A stretch of DNA of 64,000 bases, from the NCBI GenBank assembly GCA_013239625.1, contig MU055864.1:11084397-11148396 (forward strand), read 5' to 3'. This DNA is from Lama guanicoe (taxonomy: Eukaryota). A model generated the notes under the pieces. It saw only the letters and a list, made by a program, of their open reading frames with translations. It did no database searches and had not been told where the DNA came from. The position numbers and the translations under genes are program-made. This document shows, in pieces, positions 48,401-61,700 of the stretch; position 1 is the stretch's first letter, and each line of letters starts with the position of its first letter.

Positions 48401-50859
48401 CTATAAAAAAGACAGACCTGTATAGAATTGCACACATTCTAAATGTTTTTAAATACAGTAAAGAAGGGGAAATTGGCATTATCCTCATTTTATAAGTTAG
48501 AAAACTGAGGGGTTGTCATTTATTCTTTCATTTTTTTAACCCGTTAATCAGGTTGTTAGATTTGTACTGATTCTCTGCTATATATAAGTGGTACTAGGTG
48601 CCAAAGACACAAAGACCCCAACATCTAGGACCTTATAGTGGAGAGTGGAGGCAGGTTGGTGACAACATCAACTTGAAATCCTAAATTCAGCCTCGGGTGA
48701 TTTTCAGCGCCCTGCACGCATGAGACCCAGGCTGTGCGCCGGGGAACGGGGGGCGACAGGCATCTCAATATCAGACTGATGACTGAGGAGAGACTTCCCA
48801 GCTGAAGTGTTGTCCTTTATTGAAATTCATGCTGTGCACGGAGGCATGCGTTGACTGTGGTGTTTCCACCATCTAGGCCAGTGCCTGGCATTTTTCTTAA
48901 AAAGCCAAGAGTGAAGGAGCAAAGGAAGTGTTTCTGACTCTCACTGGCACTCCTCTTCCTTTCATAAACTGTCTGAGGGGCTACATGTGACAAGTGCTCC
49001 TCACTCCTCCAAGCATCTCCACGAAGTTGTGCAGTGATCATCTCCATCCCACGAATGGAGAGATGAGGCCGAGGGGAAGTTAAGTGACTTGTCTAAGAAG
49101 ACTTGGACCCTGTTCTCTCTGCTGCACCCGAAAGGCAAGACCCTTTGTGGCTCTTTGGCTGCTTCATCCAGATTATTTAGGCCACGGTTTTCAAACTCTT
49201 CCCTGCTCTCTGAACACCCTATTGCTATCCACATCGGGCATCCAAAAGTCTTGAAGGAAGGATAACTTCTGCCTCCTGGAGGAGGTATTAAAAAGCACGA
49301 AGTGGCCAAAGTGGAGAAACACGAAGCCTCAGAGGACCTCAGCGATACCAGAATAGCCAGTCACACACGGATGTGCGAGACTTGACCCTGACGTTCTATT
49401 CAGGTTATTCAACTGAATCCATGTTAGTCATTCAGGTTTGAATCAGGACAGGTAGTGTCACCAAAAATGCAAAGATTATTAGAAAAAAGGGTACATTTCC
49501 CCCAAACAACTATATAGTATATTGTAAAACATATTCTCAACTTATTTGTACAAGAAAACACCATTTTCAGTTCAGCCAATACCTACTTATATTTCTTCTC
49601 TTCTGTTCCATGTTCATTATTTCCCTACCTAGTACCTGGCCCTTAGTTAATATTCCCTTTGCCTGAGCCATGACTTTTTAGCCGCTCTTCTTTTCCTGCA
49701 AATTGGTAGAATTTATTCCTATCTTTCAAGACTTTCTCATCCCTTGCTTCACATTCTGAGAGGCTGGTGAGATCTCTGGGCTCTGAAGTTTGCAGGACAG
49801 TTGTTGTCTGCAGTACACGCACATCCAGAGCGCCCCAACATCCTTGTTTGGGAAGATGATGTCCCAAACGTGGGCATGGTGAGAGGCTGGCTCTGAATTA
49901 GGAAGTACAGACTTCCTAAGGTACAGACTGAAGCTCTTTGTCGTTTTGCTCGGTTGATTGAACACTTCTCTCTTAGAACGCAGAGCTGGGGTTGGGGGTC
50001 AGAACATGCTTGTCCCCATCCCTGGAGTAACAGAACACCCCACTGGGAAGGCCCGTTCTCCAGGACACAGGGTGACCGGCACGGGAAGCCAGCTCAGTGT
50101 GGGAAGAGGCATCTTCTCTGTGATTCACTGCAGGGTGCAGAAAAAACTTGACGTTCTGAAAGCTAAAAACGCACAACCCTTTGCTCCTGCAGATTGACAG
50201 GCTGATGTTTGAGCAGTAGCCAAATAACCCAGTTTAGCAAACGGCTGAATTTTGACTTTTATAAACATCTAATGAATACATTTTTATTTATGTCAGCTTT
50301 TAAAAATCCAGCTGCTGGCATTTGCTCCCCCATACCTTTTTTTTTAATCTTAATGGCAAAATTAGAGTATTTAAATACTTTAGAATTTCATGGTGAGCAC
50401 CTGCGCAGGTGTGAGGGCAGTACGGGTGCACAGGGGGAGTGCGAGGTGGGCTGTCCTGTGTGCTTGCTGGGGACGTGTGTTTCCTCGTGGGGGCTGTGGC
50501 GTGCTGCCTGCCTGTTTATGGACCTCAGTCTGTTCTGCCCCCCGACTTGCAAAGGAATGATTCGTCTTGGCACAGGGGCAAGGGGACAAATTTATGATCT
50601 GCTCTCTGGTCAGGTGGGACTTCTGGCTCTTTCTCTGGCCAACTGCTCGACCTTTAGTCTCGTGTCTCCCAGGCCTTTGTCTCCATGTCAGATTTAACAA
50701 CTTTGTGACTCCAGGAAAGGTACTGAGTATAAATCTTAGAGGCATCTGCAGATTTTAACCCTACTACTGGTGTTCAGAAGGCACGCTGTCTCAGTCTCCT
50801 TCGTTAAGTTTGAAAATATGTAGAACTCATTTTATTGATATGTTAAGCTTCTGAAGCTT

Positions 50860-51640
50860 TTTTTATTATGGAAATTTTCAACTACATGAAGAAATAGAGA
50901 AAATTGCAAAATGCCCTACCGTCATTCAGCTTCCACAGATGTCATTTCCCAATCATTTTTATATAGCATCCTTTCCACTTTATGCTCCTGAAATATTTTG
51001 AAGCAAATCCCAGATAGTGTATTATTTTACCTATAAATATTTCAGGAGCATCTCTAACAAATAAGCCCCCTCCTTTGCTTTTCATAGCCACATGCTGGTA
51101 TTACAGCTAGCAAAACTATCAATAATACTTTAATAGCATACTGAGATTTTCCCCAGTTGTCTTGCAAATATCTTTTTACAGTTGGCATGTTTGAATCAGA
51201 GTCCAAACAAGGTCCACACATTGCATTTGATTGCCATGTCTCTTAAGTCTTTTAAAAATCTAAATTTTCCCCATCCCTCCTCCTTTTAATGTTATAACTG
51301 GGTCATTTTTCCTCTATAATGTCCCCAAAATGGATTTGGCTGATGGCTTCCTTGTGGTGTCATTTATCATGTTATTCTGTTCTTTGCATTTCCTGTAAAC
51401 TGATTATTGGATCTAAAGCTTTCATCAGATTTAGATTCCTTTTTTTCCCCCTGTGGATTCTCTTGTCTTCATCATTTTGCTTCACAGCAAGAGATAGATG
51501 ATATCTGGACTTTCCCTCTTCATGATACTTCAATTGATTGGTGAACTCGTGCTGACAGCCTGCTCCCCAGCTCCTAGTTTTCCAGCATCTATCACCTATT
51601 GGTTTTAGAATCTACTGATGAATATTTCATTGGAGATTAT
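50860..51640 (-). mobile_element. Old L1 (L1MC-like) 3' region (bounds approximate)
   Basis: tttattatggaaattttcaa...aagcaaatcccaga...tccaaacaaggtccacacattgcatttgattg. Confidence 0.6.
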
Positions 51641-52849
51641 AAAATACTCAAGACAAATCAAGTTAATGATGTTTCTTCTCCTTATTACATCCTGTCTGGA
51701 GTGTGATCATCTATAATTTATTTTTTGCATATTTTTTCAGCTTTTCATTGTATTTTATAGTCTTTCTTCTGTCTGAATTTCCAGGGTGCCTTGCACACCT
51801 AACTCATTTCACTAGACGTGTCAAATGTTTCTGCCTTACTCTACTAACTTGTTTATTTGTTTATGTTTTCTTGCACATCCATAAATGTATCCTCAGTGCT
51901 TAGTTCCTGGAATGTGAAAATGATATTTAATGAAGAAATAACCCTATGAATTGTGTGTGTCCTCTTTAGACACTTTTTTGCACTCCTAGATGCACTGGTG
52001 AAACACAAAACAATGGGAGTCTGAAACATGATTGAACTGTGAAAATTTCTTCACATGTCATAATTTCCCCAACTCCGTTAGCCAGTATTGGCATTTCAGG
52101 CTAAGGAATAGAAGTTGCCAGAGCTGTTGTATATGTTGGCAAAAGTTGGGAGGATGGCAGATAGGTTTTTGGGTGTTTGAATGGGGACAGTCTACAAATA
52201 AACAAATAAATGTAAGTATATAAGAAGATGTATATACATAAATGTACACAGTCATGCACGCACACGTCACAGTTGGTATAACTCAGGATGCCGTGACAAT
52301 TTTAGAGCTGTATGCTGAAAAATTTTAGAGAAACTTAGCTTTGAATGTGGAACACCCCTTTCAGAGCAAAAAAGATCATGTTGGTCCAGAGGGAAGTGAA
52401 TCTTTGTCTCTACAACATGAGTGGAACCTGGATGTTGCTCTGTTTTTGATTTGGAGTGCGTTAGACTTTCTTCAGATAGCTGTAAACATTAAGTGTCCAG
52501 TTAAGTAGTTTACAAATCAAAACAACCAAAAACATTAATAGATATGGTTAGTAGTTCTGTGTGAAAATGCTCTCCAGGAGAAATAAAATTACCATATGGC
52601 GAACAATGAGTAAAGGTCTACACTGTCTCCCAGTAGGAGAGCCACTGGGTTTGGACAAACTGGACATGTTCAAATTCTCAAGCTTAACTTGAGCAGGCGA
52701 GGTGTGAATATTCTAAGAGAATTGAAAGCTGCTTTCACTTTAAATCCGTTTAGGTGTTGACGGTGTCCCCCAAAGTAATTAAACGATAATTGCTGTAGTA
52801 GTTTCTTTTTTCAAACCGTGCCTTAAGCACTTTAAAAGAACTTTTGTTG

Positions 52850-53161
52850 GCAGTAGTTCCTGAATCAAAACCCTTAGCGCCATAAATGTTTCAGAGTTCA
52901 GGAATCCTTTGCATTTTGGGAAGTTAATATGGTGTGTGTGACATGTGCTGTTTAAGACACCATGGAATCTGAGGCAGTGTCTAGTAATTAAATAGGTGAC
53001 TGTTTCTATAGCAAATGCAAGAGTCATCACAGGTAGCAAAATAAAAAAAAAAGATTATAGACATCCTCACTTCACTTCAGGTCAGGTGGGTCACAAAACT
53101 GCAGAAAGTTTTCAGAGCTTTTGGAATATCAGAATTTAAGACAAGGGATTGCAGACCTGTA
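52850..53161. mobile_element. TcMar-Tigger-like DNA transposon relic
   Basis: Terminal gttttcagagcttttggaa...aagggattgcagacctgta with a TA end; the degenerate opposite end is near 52850. Confidence 0.5.
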
Positions 53162-53734
53162 AATGAACAATTAATAAATAAATAGATCAATACCTACCTT
53201 TTCTGGAGGGGAAAAAAAGCCAAGTAACAAATCAAGCAAATATCATCTTTGAAGGATTTTAAGCCCACTGTATAAATGACTTGCGTCTTTCAGTTCACGT
53301 AAAATTTAGAAATTTAAAGTAAAGAAGGCCTATCCATGTGGCTATGAAAACAATTGGTTTAAGCAATTTTAGAAATAGCACCTCCCATCTATAAAAGCTT
53401 ATTAGACCTTCAACCTGTTTGCCTCTCAACACCTGTGTAGTTGAAAGGCCCGCTGTTTTGTTGGGGGGCGCTAGAGAGCTGAGTTGTGGTTTATGAGAAA
53501 AGCAGAGATTATCACTGTGGTCAGCCACTGTGCTCTGTGGAGTGCAAGGTCCTCTGAAGTTGTCCTCGCTCCACTGACAAGCAGGCACTTACCAGCACCT
53601 TGACAGAAAGCTGTTTAGGTAAACGAAGTGAGGAAGCTACAATAGGAGAATGGGAGATTCTATTTGCTAATCCCAGAGTCTTCTCTATATTTTTGTAATG
53701 AGCTTTAGTAAGTTATTTTTAAAATGTCGTAACT

Positions 53735-53868
53735 GGGGAGGAGGATATAGCTCAAGTGGTAGAGCACATGCTTAGCATGCACAAGGTCCTGGGTTCAATC
53801 CCCAGCACCTCCTCTAAAAAAAAACATTAAACGAGTAAATTAAATTATCTGTGCAACCCCTCCCACCC
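53735..53868 (+). mobile_element. vic-1-type SINE
   Basis: tatagctcaagtggtagagcacatgcttagcatgc...gggttcaatcccc. TSD atgtcgtaac (53724-53733) / atgtcataac (53869-53878). Confidence 0.92.
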
Positions 53869-54289
53869 ATGTCATAACCACAATATGGAAAACTAAAAAT
53901 AAAATTGATTTAGCTTTCAGCCTTTTAAAAATTGGTCAAATGGTCTTATCCCTTTTATATTGACATGGAAATGTTTGTTTTCAATATTTTCTATAGATAG
54001 CTCTAAATATCTATCTGATAAACGTCTGTGGCAGCTCTCACCTGGGCTGTGCACCAAAATAATCAGATTATTCTTTATCTTGCTATAAACAAAGTTCAAG
54101 AAATACTTTGGAAATGAAGATAATCTTCATTCTGTGTCTTTTCCTACTATCTAGAATTATCTTGCAGAACCCCATGAAGTTACTCAAGCATGTTATTTGT
54201 AACAATTGCAAGCAATGGAATTTGCCAAAAGAAGAAATAGTCTAATAAACATCATGACTTGACTGAGATATTGTAGAGAATGGTTAAAC

Positions 54290-55400
54290 CTGCAGAAACT
54301 TTTTAGAGTAATGGATCATACACCACACGTGCTACTTTTTTAAAACATGCTTTTTCATTAAATGTAAATTTGCCATATCATTTTCATACTTATTCATTAA
54401 TTTAACAAAGCCACTGCTAATTTTTTCCAAATTTTCGTAAACACAGGGTTGCCATAGACATCAACGTCCACATAGTTTTGTGCACTTGTCCAATTATATC
54501 CTTAGGGTAAAATTTGAAAATTGAAATTTCAAAGTCACATGCTTTTAAAATTTTGCTGTACATTTTAAATTGCCTTCCAGAGATTTTATACCAATTTACA
54601 TTCTCATTAACTATATATGAAAGTGAACTTCCTCACTGGCAGCTCAGAATTTGCCTTATTGTAATTTGCCAAACATCTTTTCATATTTATTGCCAAATTT
54701 TAAATTTATTCCTTCCATAAAGGAATGGTTCATGTTCTCTGCCAGTCTATTTAGTTTTTTTCTTAATGCAGTCTGAGCTTTTTATTTGCTAAGGGTATTT
54801 ATCTCTCCTTTGAACTATTTGTTGCAAAGATTTTTCCAGACATTTTTTTTTACGTCTTATTTTTCTACATCTAATGTCATAACTAGCAAACTACTTTAAA
54901 TATTTTTTAAATGCTAGTATTTTGTTCTGTTGCTTTTACTTTTTTATTCTTTGCCTTTAAATACATTTTGGCATAAAGTATGAAGCAAAGACCTACCTAA
55001 TTTCTTTTTGTCAAATTCTGGACAAATATCTGGTACCATGTATTGATTAATTGTTTCCTGGTTGATTTTTAGATTACACATTTATCATAAATCTCTCTAT
55101 ACGTACATCCATTGCTTTGTCCTTTCTGGCACCAGTACCAAATTGTTTAATTTGTTTAAATGTATATGTATAAGTATACATAGTAGATTTTCCCAACTTG
55201 CTTCTTTCTAAAAGTTTTCTTAGTTACAATAATGATGCATGTAGTTTTCCTGATAAAATTTAGAATCAATGTATAATCCTGTATCCACCCTCTCCCCACC
55301 CATCCTTCTCTATTTGGCATTTTGTTTGGACTTGCTTTAAAGTCCAGTTTAATTTTGAGTCATCAATTGACTTTTATGCATTTTCTTTTCTGTGAAATAT
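54290..55400 (-). mobile_element. Ancient L1 (L1ME-like) fragment (bounds approximate)
   Basis: aattgccttccagagattttataccaatttacattctca and other degenerate antisense L1 motifs. Confidence 0.5.
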
Positions 55401-56437
55401 TTGTGTGAAAAGATTAAAGTATTTGGTTCCTGGAAAAATTGTTATATGAGATTATTGTGGTGTAGACATGTTTGAGCTGCTGAGTCCTTTGATGATTTTT
55501 GTTGAACTGGCTTGTGAACTAGTTCATATAGTCAGTGTCACATGCTGAATATTTAAATATATTTACAATAAGGAATTAGGAGAAAACATAATAAAACATA
55601 TACCAGCTCTCCATCCTTGGAGGGAGAATGGAATGTAGCTGGATACAAATGCTCTCCAGTTACGATCAGGAGGCTTACAAATTGCAATCCTGTTCTAATT
55701 CTGTAAAGTTAGTTGGTTGCTTGGTGTTAAAATATCATTTTCCTCGTAAAGATCTCAGGCTGTTTTTAAAGCGATGTGTGTAAATATTGAGTCAACTGAA
55801 GCTTGGAGACTGGTTCGTTTACCTAGGAAAGATTTCGCGGCACAAGTGAGTTCTGAATGGAGTTTTGAAAGAGAGACAGGTCAGTGTTTAAGTGGGGAGG
55901 CGGCAGTGTGGCTCAGAGGTCAGGGCCCGGCAGACGTGCTCTTAACAGACCTGAAGCTCTGAAGCTGGCAGTGGCCAGAGATGCGGAGAGAGGAGAAGGC
56001 AGTTGGGAAAGGCCCGGATTCCGTGTGCCTCCCACAGTACTGAGGCCGAGTTGAGGAGAGGATGTATATGAGAAATGTTCTGTTCTCCAGTGCTTTGAAC
56101 AGCGGCTGGCTCCCAGCATGTGGAAGAGGAAAGAGAGGCCTGAAAGTCAAATCAGGGCTCCATTAGACGGGGGATCCATTAGACGGGGGGGGGGCGGGGG
56201 GGGGTCGGGCAATGAGTATGCGCCGGCTCTGAAGGATTTTCTGCCGAGAGAACAGGAGAGCTCTGGGCTTTAGAAGGCTAAATTCTGACTGCAGTTTATG
56301 AACATTCTGGGCGGGGCTGGGGTGAGGGGGAGAGTCAGGTGGAAAGCAGGTATCCATAAGATCTCCCAACATTTTTACCCTGGCCAGATGAGCTTTGTGA
56401 TGTGTCCTATAAAAGCACTATACCTTCACCTTAGAGA

Positions 56438-56660
56438 AGGAGTCAGCAGACTCTTCCCTGGAGCCTGTCTGATGCACAGCCCATTCTTACAAATAAAGTT
56501 TTATTGGAACACAGTCTTACCTGCTCACTGGCATATTATGCATGGCTGATTTGGTGCCACAAGGGCACAGATGAGTAATTGTGACAGAGACCACATACAT
56601 GGCTGGCAATGACTAAAATATTTACTCTCTAGCCCTTTAAGAAAATATTTGGTGGTCTCT
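56438..56660. mobile_element. MER58A-like hAT-Charlie MITE
   Basis: aaataaagttttattggaacacag...gtgacagagacca...taaaatatttactctctagccctttaagaaaa, flanked by cttaga-like target sites. Confidence 0.8.
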
Positions 56661-56902
56661 GTCTTAGAACATTGTTTTTAATACTTCTTAGTGCCATTCT
56701 GGAGGACTTAACATAGAAGAGTTCAGGCAAATTGTGCATGGATAGTGTAAGGACGATTAGGCCATGTCACTTCCTGTGAAGAAATATACCCAAACTGTGT
56801 GTTGTATTGAAGCCCAGTTCTTGAGTCATTGCCTTGATTGTTTTATTTCTACCTCTTGCTCTGTCTCCATTTCTGTTGCCATTTCACTTTCCGCCAGCTC
56901 CA

Positions 56903-56992
56903 GGGGGGAGGATATAGCTCAGTGGTAGAGCACATGCTTAGCATGCACAAGGTCCTGGGTTCAATCCCAGTACCTCCATTAAAATAAATAAA
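56903..56992 (+). mobile_element. vic-1-type SINE
   Basis: tRNA-Ala(AGC)-like body and (A)AAT tail. Imperfect TSD tcactttccgccagctcca / tcatttccaccagctgca. Confidence 0.92.
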
Positions 56993-57799
56993 TCATTTCC
57001 ACCAGCTGCATTGAGTACCTACTGTCTTCTGATTCTATCTGCTCCATGCTACTCCCCGTAGTGAAGAAATTAGAATCCCAGTGCTGAATATCGTGTTTAG
57101 ACCTCCTTGCTGCATGCTAAAGGAGGAGGAATTTCTCAGCCAGCTGTTTTAAATTCTTCTGACCTGTCTGCTATGTATGTTCCCCAGAGTAACAGTCCTC
57201 TTCAAAACTCTCCACAATCCATCCCTCTTCTTCTCGCTGTGACTTCCTTCCTGTCTCCTGCAATGTCTTTTCTGCTGGAGGAGTGTAGTGTCACTAAGTC
57301 TGTGGTTCCCAGGTTGTGCCTGCGTTACCCGAGCTGTTCCAGATTCTCTATGGAACCTGGCCTCCGGGGGTGAATGATCAACCATCTGACAGCTCGACAT
57401 GTTTAGGGAAGTCCAATCATTTTTCAGCCAAACTGATCATAGATAATAACAAATGTAAACCTTCATGCGTGTGTTTAGGTGAACATACAACTAATTTCTT
57501 CATAGGCTTTACACATTCTGACTCTCTAAATATATTTTAAAGGACTGAGAGAGTAATTAGGAAGCAGCAGAAGTTTTGTGGAAAATATGTGTTGAGCCTC
57601 TTGAGTAGTAAGGGTCAAATTTTAGGTTTCGTATGAAGTGTTCATGAGTTGGTGGTGTTCTTAAAGACCACTCCAGGGGCACAAGAGAAAAGTTGAGGAC
57701 AGGACTGAATATACAGGTGTAGGAGTGATATGTCTACTAGGGTAGAGATGGAGAAGTTATCTTCATGACTGGAACCTTTGGAATCATGTAAACATGACT

Positions 57800-58000
57800 A
57801 CTTAATTGATCCAGTTGGCATTTATTGAAGACATATTATGTACCAGGGCCTACCGTGCTAGAGGGCAGACATACAAAGATGATTGAGGCTCACTTTCCGC
57901 CCTTGAAGAGCCCCCAGAGGAGAAGGGAGAAATCAGATGGGTAAACACTTACTTACCATTCAGTATGACGATGTTACAGCAGGTGAAGCTTTTCAGAGAA
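57800..58000 (-). mobile_element. L2 LINE 3' end
   Basis: catttattgaagacatattatgtaccaggg...gtgctaga...gcccttgaagagc. Confidence 0.6.
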
Positions 58001-58439
58001 AGTGCAAGGAAAAGTCTAGAAGGAGAAGGACAAAACCTCGAGAGGACTAAAATGAGAAGACTGGGGGAAAAGGAAATAGCACCAAAAAAGAAAAAGAATT
58101 TGAGCCTCATTAGAGAAGATAGTTGACCAAACTATGGAAATCAAGGTTAGAGACAAGAGGTTGAAACGAAAGATGGAAGACTAGAGGCTGTGGAGAAGCG
58201 AGGGCGGTGGCAGACCTGAGAGACAAGAACCAAGAGTTCAGTTGTTCAAGAGAAGAGTATTGTTTCACAGCCTCACCCGCCTCGGCCTTGTACAGATTTG
58301 TATGCTATGTATGTGTATTGCTTGCATATAATAATATATCATATTGCATTCTAACTTATAGTCGTGTTATGTATAACATCTATTGTATACATATATAGTA
58401 AAATAGTTTATACATACAGTATATGTGCCGATACGCCTT

Positions 58440-58620
58440 GTCTATCAGTTCAAGCTCCAGAAGTATTAGGAATTTGCAGAGCCCTTCATATTATCTAAGT
58501 GAATTCTTACAGCAGGTACTAGTAGTATTACACCAACATTTTCCAGACGGGGAGCCTGAAGCCGCCAAGATGAGACACACTGTCTGAGGTTGTCCAGAGG
58601 GTACTCAACACCCAGGCCTG
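58440..58620 (-). mobile_element. MIR SINE
   Basis: tcttacagcaggtactagtagtatta...cattttccagacggggagcctga. Confidence 0.55.
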
Positions 58621-59076
58621 CCCTACAGGACTGAGTTGAGAGGCTCCTCTGGAGTCAATTTAAAAGATCAGCTTTTGATGTTAAGATGAACTGAAGAGAA
58701 GCAGATTGACTCCTCTTAATGGTGAGGGTGAGGGCAAGAGAAACCGAGCACCCAGAATAGAGGGAGGCATTGGGGTGGGTAGAAGTCAAGCATCAAGCTT
58801 TGAAGTCCAGTCTCACTGGATTCCCAGCCTGGCTCCACCGCCTGCCAGCCACATGGCATCGGTCAGGCCACGGTTCCACCCTGAATGTTCCCGTGTGTCC
58901 GGCGGGGGTCTTGTCTTCTGCCTTGTTAGTATGTGTGTCAAGGACCTGCAGTTGTGCCTGGCTCTTAGAATACACTCAGTTACAATAGCTGTTGCCACTG
59001 TACCTGATCCCCTTACCACCACTTTTATTTCACATTTGTCCTCCTTCTCCTACTGCTATTACTACTACTACTATTA

Positions 59077-59334
59077 ATTTTTCCTTTTTCTTTCTAAAAA
59101 AACAACTTTTTATTGAAGTATAGTTGATTTACAGTGTTGTGTTAGTTTCAGGTGTACAGCAGTGTGATTCAGTTATACATACATAGGTGCTTTTTCAGAT
59201 TCTTTTCCTTTATAAGTTATTACAAGATATTGACTATAATGCCCTGTGCTATGCAGTAAGTCCTTGTTGTTTATCTCTTTTATATATAGTAGTGTGTATC
59301 TGTTAATCCCAAACTCCTAATTTATCCCTCCCCC
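59077..59334 (-). mobile_element. Cetartiodactyl-type L1 3' fragment
   Basis: ttttattgaagtatagttgatttacagtgttgtgttagtttcaggtgtacagc...atcccaaactcctaatttatccctcc. TSD-like ctactactatta / ctacaactatta. Confidence 0.85.
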
Positions 59335-60668
59335 CTACAACTATTATTATTATTACCAGCATCAGTAGTTGCAATGACTAATGGAATAGATTTATGCTAA
59401 AAATAAGACAAAAACAAGAATAGTTATTTAAGTCCTTGATTCAATCAGTAGCAATGGTTCTTCTGTGTTCATTTCAATATTTAGTGAGCTGTTGCCATGG
59501 TAGGTCTCAGTGCTAGGCACACTAAGGAGTTAAAATATGGATGAGTCATTACCCATTTTAACTAGCATATAAACTAAGTTGGCCCTCATGCCACACATTC
59601 TTAAAAGAGAACTTGAGGAGGTAAACTGTTAATGCACATTGGGAGCAGACCTTCTTGAAGCAGGGCCATGCATGGCTCTGGAAGGGTAGTTGGGACTTAA
59701 ATTCACAATGATTTGAAGATTTCATTATGCATGTTCTACATCTCCAGATAACCTCCATTTCCTCCTGTCATGCGGTAGGCCGTCACCTTATGTTCAAGTT
59801 TAGATACTTACCAGGATACTTTATTTCAGTAAATCTTATGCTGCTGGCTATTCAACTTTACATAAGCACCTAGTCAAGGTTCTGGGTAGGCAGGACGAAT
59901 GAAATTCTGTTCCTTATCCCCCGGGAGGATGATCTCTATGTAAAAATGGACTTAATGTATTTTTGCTCAGAGGGGAAGGCATTTCCAACAACCTTGAAAT
60001 GGAACCTCTCCCACCCAATGTGAAGAAGACTGACATGTGACAGTTTGCTATTCCTTTATTTTACTAAAATAGCAATCTGGCCAAATATACTTTCCAGCAC
60101 ATTTCTTATAGCCACATGTTTATATTTATAGGAGAAGTGGTGCTAATTCTCTAGTATGTTAACAGGTCTTATTCAGAGTGTTCTATTTTTACTTTGGAAC
60201 AAAATTGCTGAAGAGAAACATTTTAAGGCAAATAATGATTACAGCACACCTTATCAGATTATGTGTTAAATAAACTTCCTGAACTGAGAAGGAGCACAAA
60301 CTGAAAAGCAGGTAGTGATCTTAAATTCTGTATTGTTTATGTCAGGTTTCTTCAAATCCACTTTTATTGTGGGTTACTCTTTGCTTTTGTGTTTTCTTTT
60401 TGCTAGATTTCTACCTTCTTACTAACAAATGTAGTCCTCCTTTTAATATGTAATAGATGACCTGGAATTCCAGAATGTATTTTCAGAAACCAAGGAAGGA
60501 CCTCCTCATTTTATTATATACAATAAATAATGTGGTTTTTTTTTTTAACTTGAGAGGTAGTCAAACAGGTGAACGCATAAATCTTGTCAACCCTTGGGCA
60601 GTTGTAATTTCCATACCAAAATGCATGAGTTTTTACCTGACTATTACTCTGTCATACATTAAGTAATA

Positions 60669-60682
60669 GTTACCATGGCAAC
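60669..60682. promoter_or_regulatory. RFX X-box
   Basis: GTTACCATGGCAAC is a full match to GTTNCCATGGNAAC, in TE-free sequence. Confidence 0.55.
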
Positions 60683-61519
60683 CTTTGCATCGCACTTAAA
60701 TACAAGGTGTTGTGCATCTTTATAGGAAAAGACAATATATTTGAATTTTCAGATGTTTGGTAAAATATAATCACTACTAAAAGGAATAATTTTGTTCAAG
60801 GTCAATTGAATTCTTGAGAGTTATGCAAATTTCCAACCGGAACTATGAAGTGCATTCATTTGTTTTTTTGTGTGTGATGTAATGGGGGAAGCATTTAAAA
60901 AAAAATAGTACTTGATAAATACCGTAAATACCAAAAACAAAACTGAACCAAGTTTGATGTCATTTTTCAGTGGCTAATGTAGTAGTAAGAATTTGAACTT
61001 ATTTAACATCACATGATTGATCAGATTCTGTCAAATATAATGCATTTCTTAGTTTTGCACACCTAGTGGGTTAACTGTGACTAGTCTGGATTTCTCATAT
61101 AGTTAAATTAATGGTAGCAGTTTGCTCACACTTGCAATAGCAAAATGAAATGAGCCAGTGACATCATCCTTGTGGCAGTTCCAGGGAAATGGCCACTTAA
61201 GCAGAAATTATCGAGATTGATGGTTGGCCAGTTTTTTATTAAATATGGGGGGAAACTAGCCATTTTTTGTTGCCAGCATAGCCCTAGGCCATAAGGCTAT
61301 CATCACTGTTCATCTAGACTGCCATATTTAACTCTTTTTAAGTTTTCTAATAGGGCCTTTTCAAAATTACTATCTCGGTATACACTTTTCATCTGAAGGT
61401 GGTGTAGGGCATCTAACTGGCAGTCATTCACAACTTTTGGGGAGACTTTTAAATAACAGTCAGTGGATCGTACTGTGGGACCATGAATTGGAGGAAGGAG
61501 AGTGACTAGGTGCTGGACT

Positions 61520-61700
61520 CCAGCTCTGCTGGACGTTGTACGTATGTTGTTTCATCTGCTCCTGGTAACCCTGCAGTGTGGCTTTTATTATTCCCTTCTT
61601 ACAGAGGAGGAAAGTGTGCCTTAGAGCAGCTGCATAACTAACTGCCAGTCACATTGCGTGCATGCCTCTGAGCTGGTTGGACCTGTCTGTCCAGCCTCAA
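61520..61700 (-). mobile_element. MIR SINE
   Basis: aaccctgcagtgtgg...attattccc...ttacagaggaggaaagtg. Confidence 0.6.

Noticed and set aside
56903-56980. Apparent tRNA-Ala(AGC) gene (also at 53735)
   Set aside because: A-rich tail, target-site duplication and five dispersed diverged copies show these are SINEs.
40096-56992. Inverted SINE pairs as dsRNA/editing substrates
   Set aside because: Opposite-orientation copies are more than 13 kb apart and short.
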